Assembly (NCBI GenBank): GCA_003971905.1
Contig: RSEE01000009.1
Location: forward strand, 930,001-994,000
Length of the DNA stretch: 64,000 bases
Origin: Moniliella sp. 'wahieum'
Lineage: Eukaryota
Direction: 5' to 3'
The position numbers and the translations under genes are program-made. This document shows positions 12,970 to 26,324 of this stretch, one piece after another. Positions within the stretch are counted from its first letter, which is position 1. Every line of letters begins with the position of its first letter. The notes under the pieces were generated by a model. It was not told the DNA's origin and did not search any database. It saw only the letters and a list, made by a program, of their open reading frames with translations.

Positions 12970-15782
12970 ATGCACGCCTTAGCCGAGCCCGACGCCGAGC
13001 CCGACGCCATGGCCGCCAGTGCCGCCGCAGCCTCGCGCAGCGCCAGTCTCTGGCAGCGCCGCCACGCCGCCCGCGCCCCGCCGCTCCAGCTCGCCTCCGC
13101 GTCGGCGTCAGCTGCTGCGGCGGCGCGCGACGGCGCCCATGCCCGCCCCTGCCATGTCGGGTGTCGTCTGCGTCGGCCAAGTCGGCTGCGTCTTCTGCCG
13201 CTGCCGCTGCGGCCCGTGCCGCTCGCCCCCCGCCCACCCCCTCCGCCCTCCCCTCGCCGCCCCTTCCCCCGCGCACGCACCCCTCCCCCGCAGGCAGCCA
13301 CGGGCAGCGCGCTGCCCTGGGCGCCTTTGCACCCGGCTCCGCTGTCTGGGGCCCACCCGCCTGGGACAGTCTCCCCGCCGCCTCCGCCGCCGCCTCGCCA
13401 ACCCCGCGCTGCCCGCGCCCTCGCCTGCCCCCACCCTGCCCACCCCGAGCGCAAGCCACTGCCCTCCCCGACCTGCCCACCGCCCGCATGGCCCTCAGCC
13501 ACCCCACCTCCACCTCCTCCCCCCCCATCCACAGCTCCTCCTCCCCTACGTCTCCCCGCCCCTGGCCCCGTCCCCCTCCCGCCGCCGCGGTCCCAGTCGA
13601 CACTGCGCGCCCCCCTCACTGCCGCACCCGGCCCTCCTGGCCACGACGAACCCGCTGTCTCCTTTCGTCGTCTTCTGCTGCTGTTACCGCGCCCCTCCGT
13701 TCTGCCCCCATCGTCGCCAGCCGCCAGCATCATGCCTCCTCCCATGCGTCGTTACCTCCCGCCACGATGGTCCAACCCCAGCAACCGCAGTCCCCACCAC
13801 CTTGCTCGGGCCGCCCCCCACAGCTTGTTCGCTCTGCCCACACCGCCCATTTGGCCACCCAAGTCGCGCTCAGTGCCCTGTCGATCGACGATGATGATGA
13901 TGACCCAGAGGCCCACCCTCTGCTGATCCTGATCTCTCCGCCGCATCCAGCATATGGGGCCCACGCCAGCCGTTATGCCCCGGCATCCACCAGCTCCGAA
14001 GGGCGGGGGGGCATGGGGTACAGTTCTCGCTCCCACTTGTATGACGAGTACGACACCTGAAGAGCCGTCTCATCACGGCCTCGGGGTTGGAGAGGGGGAA
14101 TACGACTATGGCTACCGTTCTCATCCCAGTGACCCAGCGCCTCGGGCCCGAACGGAGAAGAGCGGGCACGACGCAAGGGCCGAGCGCGCATGAGCCAGGA
14201 AAAACGGGCGTCGCTTGGCTCGCCGAAGGGAGCGCGAACGGGAGGCGGCCCAAGCCGCTGGGGGGGTACTCTGTCTCTTGGCCTGCCCAGTACCAGCACT
14301 GGTGGCGGTTCCAGCGTCACGAGCTCGTCCAATGCGTCGTATGCCTCAGCGCACAGTCGCCTCAGTCGACCTTCAAGTTTGGGTCTGCTTACAACGGGCA
14401 CGAGCAGCGCCAATGGTCTTCCTCCATCCTCACTCTACATCTCCATGGACTGCTGCCCCTAGAGCGGCGGAGTAGAATCGGGGTTGAGGTCAGACTTGTA
14501 TTATGGAACTCCTTCGTCTCTAGGTCCCAATATGCTGGGCTTGGATACGTCGGTTGGCTCGCAGGCCATCTCTGCTCTGCGGCCCACACGCTAGTCACGA
14601 GGCGGGGCGATCAGGTTACTTATCTCTTGGAGGGAACCTGGCCTGCGCCCCACTCGCACTTCCAGCCCATCTCAACCTACCCCGGTCCCAGAGCTCGTTG
14701 CCCACACCCCAGCAGCACCTTCTTCAGCTCCCCTCTCATGCCCCTGGGAGTGGAAAGCCCGGATGGTCCGGAGCAAACGGGCACGCGCCTCATTCTCCAC
14801 GCCTACCCCAGCCGCTCCCTCCTGCATCAACTGCGCCTACTTCGACTGCACCTCCTCCCCGCTCGGCGCCAGCGCACATGTCGACATTCCCCTTCCCTCC
14901 CTCTGAGGCGCCTCCACTCCCGCTCCCACCGCATTCATCATACTCGTCTATGAGCACCGCCCATACGCCCCCTCAACGAACCTTGCCGATGCCTGGCCCG
15001 ACTAGCACACCCGCCCCGGTACAGGGCCAGCCAGAAATCGTGACCCATGGGCCGCGTCTCGACCCCCCTCCTGGATCGCTTCTCCCTCGGTGGTTCTAAT
15101 AGCTTGGACGCCGGACAATCTGCCGCCTCAGCGTCTGCCGCTGGCAGTCAAAGTCAACTGGGTACCCAGGCTTCTCTCCATCGGTTCCCTTCGACGCCCC
15201 ACTCTTCTTGTCCACCCATACCGCCCTCAGGTCTAGGGGAAGGGGATTGGAGGCAGCATGCCGTTTCCAAACACCCTTCCATTTCTCGGCCTCCCTCCCT
15301 CTCTTCGCTTGGTTTGCCTCACAAACAAAATTCGCGCAGCATCTCTTCTCCAGCCACGGCAGAGCAGCAGCAGTAGCCACTTCGGTGGCGGTTGGCCCCC
15401 CTGCCCGTGGCCCCGAAAGCGGGCGAGGCCCTTTTCGTCCTGATCCTGCTTCGGCGAGTTCTTACTACTACCCTCCCTACCGTACTACTACTTCAGGTGC
15501 AGGTGCCGCGGCCAGCCATCTCCGCTTCCTTCGCCCCACAACCCTTCCCTTGCTCTCCCGCCTCGGCCCGGACTGGTGGGACCGCCGCTATCAACATCCT
15601 CGTCGCACTCCTCTCGCCACTCGTACTCGGCGAGCCGGGCGCGCGGCCGATCTGGCACTCTGAACGGACCTGAGAACCATCAGGAAGCGTTAGAGCAAGC
15701 GTTGGCCGCTGCCTATGCCGCCGGTCTCGCTGCTGCACGAGGTCAACAAATACCAGCGGACCAAGGCGCTCCGTGGCGCTAA
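12970..15782 (+). CDS. Pro/Ser/Ala-rich low-complexity protein of unknown function
   Basis: Very GC-rich overlapping ORFs. Likely start MHALAEPDAEPDAM, internal HLATQVALSALSIDDDDDD, end ALEQALAAAYAAGLAAARGQQIPADQGAPWR-stop followed by a pyrimidine-rich UTR. Confidence 0.55.
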
Positions 15783-16171
15783 CTTTTCTCCTCTCCTCTC
15801 CTTCCTTTCCTCTCCTTTCCCTCGCCTATTCGCGTTTCTGTTCGTTTCGTCCGGTTTTCCCCTCGCATGCGTTCCCGTCGGCCTGCTCCCACGACCGGTC
15901 CCTGGTGGCTCGGTACGCGCTTTGCTTCCCCTTCCCCTTTCCCTGCTCTTGGCCTCGGGCCGACTAGGACCGACGAGGCGGACCTGTACCCGTGTATCCC
16001 TCCCACCTTTTTCCCCTCGACCCAACCATCTCCCGCATACTCCAGTGGGACTTACCTGTGTCTTCATTTTTGTCCCTGCGCTCCTCTGTGCCCGCGTGGC
16101 TTATAGTACTAAAGTAATGCCTCCATGCGCAGCGTAGTAACTAGTGAATAGTGACCTTGACTTGTTCAGGG

Positions 16172-16214
16172 CGGCTTTGGCTTTGGCTTTGGCTTTGGCT
16201 TTGGCTTTGGCTTG
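16172..16214. repeat. (GGCTTT)n hexanucleotide microsatellite
   Basis: About 7 tandem units visible. Confidence 0.9.
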
Positions 16215-17166
16215 GATGCTGACGCCACTGGTGCCCTGCTTGGATGGGCTAGGGCCACCGTGAGATGGGCAACTGGGGCGGCAGAGGGGGGGGGCACAAC
16301 GCTCGGCGGTGGTAGAGTATCCGCCTCGGCTCGTTGAATTTTGCTCGTACTATAACCGCAGGCAAGGAGAGGACGACGAGATCCGTATGGGTTCGTAGCA
16401 GTAGTGACCCAGCGGGCGACCGGAGAGTAGAAAAGAGGGGAAGAGCCTGAGATGAATAAGCTAGTTGAACGAGGAGATGGGTTACGCATACCGTTCTTGC
16501 CGCTATAGGAGGAGAGGATGCGGCGGAGATGCCAAAAAATGCAGTTAGGAGAGAGGAGAGGAGTCGGGAGGGGAAGAAGAACGGGGAAAAGATTCCATGG
16601 CTCTAAGGTTATAACCTTGCGCATGTTTGATTCTTTTATTAGTGGGTCGACAGGAAACGAGTGAATGAACTGATGGACGAAACCCCGATCCTGAGAGGCC
16701 TGATGTGAGTGACGGTGGAGGGGCCCAATACTCTGGCAGAGCCGGTGCTTGATAAAACATGAAAACTACCCATTGCCAAAACGGTGGGGAGCTGTGGAGA
16801 TAGGGGCAGGGAGCCCTTCCAATGCAGATACGCCCTTCATGAAGAGGAGGGCTCGTAGGCAATTTCAAGCCCCATCCAAAACGGCGGGTATTAGGCGGTA
16901 CAAAATAACCGGGTAGATCGGCAGTGAAAGAGGCGTGCCGAATCGAGTGAAAGAGGGAACAAACGTTCTGCCGAGCCAAAAAAAGGGAGCGACCTAGGTG
17001 CTGGGGGGAGGCGGAGAGGCTCGACACTGACACTAGCACAAACCCGCAGGCGGCAGCCAAGACGCTGGGTGGGGCACACCAGTCGCCACTGGCTGTGGGG
17101 CGCGGAGGTGCAGCAGGTGCTAACCCCCCGAGCAGCCGGCTGGTCCCGGCACGGCGGCAACAAGGG

Positions 17167-17528
17167 GCTTAGCGCTTAGCACCTGCTACAGTGCCACAGT
17201 GGCCGCCCTTGCGTCAATAACGTCATCCATCATGCATCATGCATCACTGTCATCAATAGCGTGCGTAATATGTGCCTGTCAGACACGTGTCTCGCTACCC
17301 CGCATCGGACGCACAGCCAATCTCTGGATTGGCTCGCAGCCCCAACTCCAGACTGCTCCCGTCCGCTGGCACCAGCCTGCCCCAGCCCAATCCAAGTTCA
17401 GTCGCCAACCTCCAGACCAGGCACGAGGCACGTGTGGCGCGTGAGCCGCAGCTTGGGCACGCGTGTACTGAGCGTACTGAGCATGCGGAACATACTGAGC
17501 ACTGAGGACTTAGTACTTGGTACTTGTA
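17167..17528. repeat. Heptamer-palindrome cluster upstream of carnitine acetyltransferase
   Basis: (GCTTAGC)x2 at 17167-17180, CGTCATC-(CATCATG)x2-CATCACT at 17221-17248, ACTGAGC-ACTGAGG-ACTTAGT at 17494-17514. Confidence 0.85.
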
Positions 17529-17799
17529 CAGGCTGCGCCCCGCAGGCACCCGAGCAGCGCGTTCCAATCTCCGCTCTGGGCAGCCGCCTGTTGGGACCCC
17601 ACTGTGCTCCCTGTGGTCATCAATCATCACCATGGGCCAGCGTACCGACTGCGCTCGCATGCTCCCGGCTACACCCGCCCCTGGCAGCCGGGTAGCAGAG
17701 GCTGGGGCGGATATATAGCCCTGCTCCATCCTCCCCCCGTCCCTCCTTCCCCTCCAGCCTCCTTCACCCCCCCCCCCCCCCCCCCCCCTCCGCACCCAT

Positions 17800-20631
17800 A
17801 TGCCGGCTGCCGACGAATCCGTCCCCAATGCGGTGGCGCTCGCCACGCGTCAGGGTGTCTTTACCGCCACACGTTTGCTCGCCAGGCCGAGCTTCCACCC
17901 TGCCTGTCCCGCGCCTCGCCGACACGTGCGAGCGCTATCTCGCCGCTTTGGCGCCCCTCCAAACCGTCGAGCAGCACCAGCACACCCGCGCGGCCGTTGA
18001 TCAGTTCCTCCGCATGATGGGCCGAGCTGCAGGACCGGCTGCACCAGTACGCCGCCACCCGCACCTCGTACATTGCTGAATTCTGAACGATGCTACCTCC
18101 AGCTGCCGACTCGGTCGTATTGAACCTCAACCCCTTTTTCATTCTCGAGTACGTTCTCCCCTGCGTGCCTGTGTGCTTGGTGGGTGTTGACCGTGCTTGC
18201 TCCGCCGTTCCAGAGACGACCCTACCCCTTCGCGCGGGAGCCAGCTGTGCGGGCTGCTAACCTCCTGGCTGCGCTTGCGTTCATTCACGATTTGCGTAGG
18301 CGAGCTACCCGTCGACGAGGTTCGGGGCACACCCCTTGACGAGCCAGTATGCCTGGCTCTTTGGCGCAGCCCGTATTCCTACCGGCACGAGTCAAGGGTG
18401 CAAGATGTCGGTCGCACTGGATGCGAAGCACGTGGTTGTCTCCGTCGAGGGTATGCCTATTGGTTTGATGCGCTCGATGCCACAACGCCGTCCACTGTGG
18501 ACCGAAGCAACCTTGGTCGCACCTTGCAAGCCATCTGCGATGATGCCGACGCTCGTCCGCCCGCGGCAGCGGCTGGCGTGGCCGTTGGCATCTTGACTGC
18601 CAACAAGCGTGGACGGTGGCACGCGCAACGCGAAAAGCTTGTTTCGGATCCCCACAACCAGGCCTGCCTTGCAACGATTGATGAGGCCCTGTTGTCCTGT
18701 GCCTTGACGATGAGAGTTCATCTAACGTACAAGAGGGCCAACAGGAGGATGCAGCCAAGCTGGCGGAGGCCATGTTAGCTGGTACCTATGCCATTTCTAC
18801 CCCCGACCAGACAGAGCAAGACGAGTTAAACCGGCACGCCCGGTGTGCAAGTGGCTCGTGCACCAATCGGTGTGGGACAAGCTGCAGATTGTGGTGATGC
18901 AAGTGGAAGCGCAGGGATCAATTTGAAACACAGCGCTCGATGGCCATACTGTGCTTCGGTTTGTGGCGGATGTGTATACAGAGTTGATCATGCGCTTTGC
19001 ACGGAGCATTCATGCTCGCACCAAGGCCTTTTAACGCGCCCCTTTGCCTCATGCCCGGGGCGAGCCGACAAGGCGGCCATCGGGAAGACGGCCTCGGCCG
19101 TACCTGGCGCGGCGGGCTCAACGTACTGTACGGCGCTCGTGCGCTCGAATGGCGGTGGAACCAAGCGCTCGCATCGGCTGTGGCCCATGCGGAAGCCCGT
19201 CTGAGCGACTTGGTGTGCGCGAATGAGTGTGCTGTACTCGAATTTGACGGATACGGCAAAGCGTTTATCACTGCCCATGGATTCAGTCCTGATGCATGGG
19301 TTCAGATGGCAATGCAAGCCGCTTACTTTTCCCTGTATGGACGTAACGTCATGACGTACGAGCCGGCCATGACCAAGCACTTCCGTCAAGGCCGCACCGA
19401 AGCCATCCGCACCGTCTCGCCCGAAAGTGTCGACTTTTGCCACGCCTATGTACGGTATGAGCCCGATGTACCCTCCTCATCTGCCAAGAAAAGCGCCGCC
19501 TTCAAGTCCCAAGGGACCCAGAAGAGCAACACAGTGCTTGCCCCGCAGGACAGAAAACATCCGCGTCGGCACGGCTGGACAATGGCGCAGGGGGGGAGGC
19601 GAGCTCGGCGAACGAAGTGGTACTGGCCCTTCGGAAGGCTTGCGCCCCACCCCACTCGCTCTTCACGCCTGGCGGCCCAGGGATTGGGGTGTGACCGGCA
19701 CCTCTATGCACTTTACGAGCTATGGCGGCGTGGGCTGGGCATCAAGTCGTCAGCGACCCAAAACAAGCCAGGTGAGGCAGGGAGCCCCGATGAGCGGGGT
19801 CCTGAGTCAGACCCGGGCCAGACGAGCGAAGAGATAAAGGCGCCTTCGCCACTCGGTGCGGAATCGACCGGGTCATCACACATGCTCCGCCCACCGTCCC
19901 GGCTCTTTTTGCCGATCCGGGGTGGAAGATGATCAACACGGCCATTCTCAGTACATCCAACTGTGGCAATCCAGCCCTGCGCTTGTTTGGTTTGCCCCGA
20001 CCAGTAACCATGGGTTTGGCTTGGGCTACATTATCAAAGATCGGGGGTTGGCGCTCTGCGCATCTTCGCACCATCGCCAAACCCAACGCTTCCTGGCCCA
20101 TGTGCATACCGCCTTGGCTCGTATGCATGCTGCGGGTCGCAGTATATGCAGCGGCCAACACGCGGCGGGTACGGACGTACATTGATGCCTCGGGGCACGA
20201 ATGTGACGTGCGCACCGGCTTGCCCATTCGTTCCGACCTACCCTCAGCTTCGTACCGCCGAAGCAGTAGTTTTTCCACCAACATTCCTAGCTCGCCAGGG
20301 CCACCTGCAACGCGCCCCCTCATTGCCACTGGGATGGCAGCGCCCCTTCTTTCTCCACGCTCGGCTCTCTCGGGCTTGGCGGACGTGTTTGATGAGGGAG
20401 GCGAGGAGGAAGAGACGGGGCTAGTGGGCTTGACGGGCTATGGGTTCTTTGACGCTGGCGGGGGACCGCCTACGTCCGCCGCCTCAGTTGGCCGCGTCGA
20501 GGTACGTCGCCACCCATCGGTGGAGAGGCGACGCTGGAGCCAAGCAGGGGATCGGGGACGAAGAACCACGGTCGCCCACGTACCTCGGCGTGGGACGGCG
20601 CTTGGTTTTTGACGATACTTCTTCTCTCTGA
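17800..20631 (+). CDS. YAT1: Carnitine O-acetyltransferase, Yat1/FacC type
   Basis: LPVPRLADTCERYL, DSVVLNLNPFFILE|intron|DDPTPSR, SPDAWVQMAMQAAY, TYEPAMTKHFRQGRTEAIR, GLGCDRHLYAL, LSTSNCGNPALRLFG, GYGFFDAG. Frameshifts present. Confidence 0.92.
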
Positions 20632-20869
20632 GGCCTGAGGCGACTTGGACTTGGCCGCCTCTTCTCAGATCTCACATCATTCACATCACATCGATCTGCC
20701 GGCACGCGACGCCCTCTCCTCTTTTCTTCTTGCATATATCTCCTGTGCTACTGCCGCCCTCTTGACGTATATATATACAGTCTCTCTTTTGGCTGCTCTG
20801 CTCTGCTCTTTATTGCCTTTTGCCTTTTTATTGTCAATGGACACATGTACGACCCAACGATGCGTTGGG

Positions 20870-22132
20870 AATCAAGCTTCAAGTGTGGCGGCTGCTCGTG
20901 TTGGACGAAGATTCGGCTGCCCTTGAGCTTGATGAACGATTTGATGAATCGGAACGTGCATTAAGTATCTGTATTCTGTAACCATATATTCATTGACAAA
21001 GCTTAAGCTACTGCGGGACAAAGAAGCGCTGCGCCTAATAAACCAACCCGTTCATCCGGCGTGTGTTGCTTGTTACATATAGTGCCAACCCCGTTTAAGG
21101 AACCAGGGGAATAAGTTTAGGACCCATATCTCCATTGAGACTCAGTACTCAGTAGTCAATTCCTTCCAGTTCCCAAGCATCTTGCCCGCTCTCTTGGTGG
21201 CATAGTATCCTCGCGTGGTCAAAACCAAGGGGGAAAACGGTTCTTGGATGTGTCTCTGAGTTAAAAAGAGATCCCCTTTTTACTTCACGTACCATCGTCA
21301 AATTTGACGGCAGCATGCTACCTGCTGGCACATTCAGTGCACCCGCAGCAGCGTATGGGTGATAAAATTCCTTCAGCATGGAACGATGGACCGATAGCGA
21401 CGGTGGCGACGGTAGCGACGGCGGAACGGTGGCCAAGATGGTGACGGTGGAACGGTGGTTATGGTGGTTACGGTGTGGCAACGGTGGCCCAAGCACAACA
21501 GGTTGGGGCGATGCCCAGCAGATCGCGACGGGCTGTACTAGGCCCAGTTGCTCCCGAGCTATTATAACGACAACGGAATTCTGGACTGTGTTCTCGACGC
21601 GCTCAATTGGTGGAACCATCTTGCGGTATCACATTTTTGCCCTGTCCGCTGGGGTTTTAACGTTTAACCGTAGTTACTAACAGGCACTAGTTACTGGTTA
21701 TATTATTGGGACGTCAGTCTTGCCTGTCATGTGACCGTCTGACCACGTATCGGGTATGTCAGCCGCTCAACTGCTGAGACGTCGGCTCTCAACTGCGGGC
21801 CACCCCGCGTGAAAAAGCATGTTGGAGCAACAGAGCAGTACTATATAACCTGTTTTGTGGCGCTGTGGGGGAGGTTGGGACGAGCCGCGACAGGCCCCGG
21901 GCCCCAGGAGCCACCCCCGCACCCCCGCACCCCCATGCTGAGCGCTCAGCTCAGCCTGGCCGACTGAGCGGCTGAGCGCGTTGGGCGCAGCACGCCGTCT
22001 CAGTACTCAGACCATACTCAGACTCCGTCGAGTGGGCAGTGAGTGATTCGTGACTACTCAAGTACTCCAGTACTTACTGGGTACACTGAGCGGGGGCGGG
22101 CGGTGTCAGATGCCAGATGTCACATGTCAAGA
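20870..22132. repeat. Intergenic block with heptamer palindromes and 9-mer array copy 2
   Basis: (ACTCAGT)x2 at 21140-21153, GCGACGGTG-type array at 21380-21490, GTTTAAC, AGTTACT, GCTGAGC-GCTCAGC, TGTCACA. Confidence 0.75.
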
Positions 22133-22295
22133 CAGGCTTGTGGTGCCGCCGGTGCCATAAGCTGATGGCTGCTACAAGAAGGGTTTTAATTGTTTTCGGC
22201 TCAGATGCGCGCACCAGGGCTATAGTACCCCTTAGAAGAGTAACCCGTCCCAACCATCGCCACCGCCGCCTCCGTCTTCACCCTCCCCACCAAGC

Positions 22296-23652
22296 ATGGC
22301 CTCCTCTACGTCTCATACTCGCCGCAGATCGGCCAGCAGCTTGCTCCCCGGCGCCCTCCATCCCACTCTTCGGGCCCACCCCAAGGCCTATACTACCTCC
22401 AACTCTGGCCGCTCGCACCCGATCATCGCCCGTCGAACGCAGCGCATCGCCCGCGCGCATCTTGACCATCCCCAGTCCCGACTCTCCCCCGTCTTGAGCA
22501 CCTCGCCTTTCGCCTCCACCGTCCCTCCTCTACCATCCGCCAGGCGTCCACCCCCCATAATGCGCCCCTCATCCGCTCGGCTACTGCTACAAACACTTAC
22601 TGCCACCGGCCCCTGCGGCTTCGGTCAACGCTTCCGACCTGGACCGGTTTGTGTTGCTGCAGGGGTGGGTGCTGAAGAAGAAGCGTAAGATGATGCAAGG
22701 TGTGCCTGCCTGTCCTGTATGAGCGATGGTGGGTGGCATACTAACCCTCGCGAGTGCCAACCAAAGGGTACGCTATGCGCTACTTTACGCTTGATAAGTC
22801 TGGCACCTTAAGCTACGCAATGGGACCCGGCCTCCCCGTCCGGACGAAATTGAGGTGGTGCATGCAAGGGTCCTATCTAGCCTGCGCGACCAAAGCATCC
22901 ACGTGGACAGTGGTGAAACCGTCTTCCGTTCGTCCTCCTCTCCTCCCCTATACGTGTCATTTCCTGCTTGCGCTGACTTGCTGACTTGTTCTTGGTGTCA
23001 CGATATCAGATCTGCGGATGCTCACCGACGCTGACTTCTCCCTCTGGCGCAACACATTACGTGACACGATTGCAGGCGAAGCAGCTACTCCGTTCCCCCT
23101 TCCTCAACAACACGTCTACACCACCCAACCCGGGTCTGACAACTTTGTACAGGTGGACATGCGACCCATCTTGGAGCTTCCCAGCGTATGCACGACACGC
23201 TTACCGAGGTCCAAAAGCACGTTGCACGCATTGTGGCCAAAACACCAGGAGCATCGGAAGTGGCCGGGGAGATGGTTTCTGGTGCGTCTACCCGGGGAGG
23301 CGCTTCCTCAGCCTCGCTGTCGACCCCGGCCATCCAGGCGGCCAAGGTGGAAAGACTGGTCACCCAGATGGCCGGCGAAAGCAGTGGTATGATTGCCTTT
23401 CTTGAAGGCAATCTGCCTCTGGGGATGGGCGGGGAGGCAGATGCGGCCCCTGACGGGGATGTCACGCCAACTCGCCGCCAGCCCCACCCTGCCTTGCAAC
23501 GCAAGGAGAGTTTTCAAAGTGCAACCGGCTCGTTTGCCGACCTGGACTCCTTTGCAGCTTTCCTCCCCCTCCTCGAACGCGGCGGGATTACACATCCGCT
23601 CAGCCTCGCCGTTGCCGTTGGGAGCGAAAGTGACAGTACTGCCAGCTCGTGA
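22296..23652 (+). CDS. PH-domain protein (Osh3/ORP3-type PH domain), two introns
   Basis: LLQGWVLKKKRKMMQG|intron|YAMRYFTLDKSGTLSY..IHVDSGETVF|intron|LRMLTDADFSLWRNTL. Introns near 22700-22766 and 22928-23009. Confidence 0.75.
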
Positions 23653-24274
23653 CTCTTTCTCATTTTGCTCGCTTCTCCTTTTGATCACCCTTTGTTGAAG
23701 TTTGACCAGGGTGTACTAATGGTTTACTCGCGCTCCTCCTGCAAACCCTGGCGGTTGGTCTCCACCCATTTTCCGTGTCGTGTCCCTATCATTCGACCCG
23801 ATTTCTCTTGTCCAACCTGTGCACCTCTCTTCTCTATCTGGCTGGCCCCGCATACGCATCGACAACATATCCCACTCCTTCAGCGCTCTGTCTTCAAAAA
23901 TCTCTTCGTGACGCCTACTGTGGGAGGAGGAAATTAGGTTTGGTGGTGCGTTAAGCAAGTAGCGCTTAGCAGTATACTTATGCCGGCCGGCAGAGGGCGC
24001 AGTGGGGCTGAGCGCACGAAGTTAAACGTTAAACGCCCATGGAGAATGCGAACGTGCACTTGTTGGGGATTAAAATTGCAGATGGACGTGGACACGCGCT
24101 CAGTGGCTGTGACATGTGACATCCCATATCTCAGACGCCCTAATCGTATCGGGAATGGATCCCCGCTCCAACGCACCCACACCCCCTCATCCTCAGACCC
24201 CCTCCCCACCGCCACCTCCACCAACTCCATCCACCACCACCCACGCACCCAGCCGTCCCAAAACCACACCGGCA

Positions 24275-25716
24275 ATGGCTGATGTCGAGTCCTGGCCCCA
24301 AACAAGGAGCAAGTCGGTGGACCACCACCCGCTCGAGTCCGCTGTCGACAGCGACAGCCTCCCGGCCGGCAATGCCGCCAAATTGACCTCCACCGAGGCC
24401 ATCTCTTCTGCTCTGCCCCAAATCACCCTCTCCTATGGCACAGAGACCGGTGGCATATCAACACCGATCGTTCCTGGCGCCTCGGCGCCTCCCAGTATTT
24501 ACACGGTGGGGCTGGCGTCTCGCGCCAAGGCACAGAGACGAGTGAGTCGGATCCCTTGCTGCTGCGCTCCCGCAGGTAGGCGAGAATGAGTTGCGGCAGC
24601 GCGCGCAAAATGTGCGCGGTGCTCGTGGGCGCAAAGCGGGAAATGCGTGGAGCAGTTTTACCAGCGCCAAACACGCACATTGATGACTTGCTTAAGCCAT
24701 GTCGGCCTATGTGGCCGATGATGCAGAACAGATGTCGGCCACAGCACCAGGGTCAAGATTGGAATCTACGGTTCCATTGCCGCTAATTTTATTCTTGCTA
24801 CTCTTCAACTTTACGGCGCTGCTTCGTCCGCGTCTCTGTCTCTCATTGCTACATGTGTTGACAGTGTGTTCGACCCTGTACCCTTGTCGCTATCGGATGG
24901 CTCTGTGGTTGAGTCGGTTTGGGGGATGGCTGCACGGTGCTGACGTTCTTTTCTCTCCATCGATGCGAGTAGTTTGCCAACCTAATTCTTAACTATCTGC
25001 ACCGTAAATCGGAAAAGGTTGACTTGCGGAAATGGCCATGTGGGGGGGGTCGGTTTGAGACGATTGCCAACATTGCCTATGCCTTTTTGATGGGCAGTGT
25101 GTCTGCAATCGTGATCGTCGAGTCGATTCGTGATCTCGCATCGCACCACGCGAGCGATAAGGAAACGCTTCATGTGGCCTCCCTCGTTGTTGTGGGCGTT
25201 GCATTCTGTGTCAAGGCGGCCTTGGCAGTATACTGCTATTCGTTGCGCAAGTTTAGCTCGCAGCTCGAGATGCTGTACGAGGACCATCGCAACGATCTGT
25301 TTATCAATGGGTTGGGTATTATCACTTCGGCTTTGGATCACAGGTCTGGTTCCTAGATCCGCTGGGGGCGATGCCATTTCGCTGTTTATCTTGGGCGCCT
25401 GGTTCTTAACCTCTGTTCGCGAATTTCGCCTGCTGGCTGGCGTCACAGCCCCCCCCGATGCTGAGCTTGCTGGCGTACAAAGTGATGCTCTATCACGAGA
25501 AGATTGAGTTGGTCGACACGGTAAGGCGTACTGGTGGGGCCCACGCCTGATTGTGGAGTTGACATTGTCATGCGTCCTGAAACGCCGCTGTGGATGGCCC
25601 ACGATGTGTCGCAAGACCTCCAAGACCGCATCGAAGAATTGCCAATGGTCGAGCGGGCCCATGTGCATGTGGACCACGAGTCGAACCACACACCCGAACA
25701 CCGCAAGGCTGTATAG
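24275..25716 (+). CDS. Cation diffusion facilitator, MTP8/MTP11-like (Mn-type)
   Basis: HIDDLLKPMSAYV, RFETIANIAYAFLM, LYEDHRNDLFING, DIVMRPETPLWMAHDVSQDLQDRIEELPMVERAHVHVDHE. Confidence 0.9.
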
Positions 25717-26324
25717 TTGCCTGCTTTCCCTCCCCGTCATCAAACCCACTAGTCCCAGTGCCAACCAAATTTTTCAGGCTTCCCCCTATCATTTGCTACC
25801 AATCTCGCCACCTGTACTCACCATTCAATGTTGATAATCCAACTCAGCATCAAGTTGTCGTGTGATATAATAGTAAGGCATAGCAAACATGGCGTTGTTG
25901 GGGCACAGGAAAGCTAATTGCATTGGCAGCACTGGAAGTGAGAGCGGTCAAGTGGCGCGGGTGTGTGGATACGACTTTTCGCCACATCTGGCTTGAGCGC
26001 GTGAGCAAGCTCTGGGATTGATGCGATGGCAGGATTCGGCCAAAGGATTTCGGTGGATTGGAGTACGAACTAGCCACTTGATGAGGGCTGATGACTCGAT
26101 ACCCACAACCGTCTATATACAATTGGGCAGGGCCGGGGACCCGCTTCTACGAAGTACAGAGTGTGCGCAGGCACTAAGCAACGCGGGCGAGTAGAAACGA
26201 TATAGGACGGCTTCATTTAAACGAAAATAGGTCACACCTACTTGCGACGGGGCTGTTGGTGTTTCGCATTTCCTTCTCATATGCAGATATGGCATAGCAG
26301 GAAGAGGTTGACGAAAACAGAAGG

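Noticed and set aside
12400..14060. Multiple long overlapping ORFs on both strands
   Set aside because: Extreme GC content removes stop codons. One + strand low-complexity gene is sufficient.
16172..16214. Telomeric repeat or PK-repeat protein
   Set aside because: GGCTTT is not TTAGGG, the tract is short and internal, and the host ORF is not protein-like.
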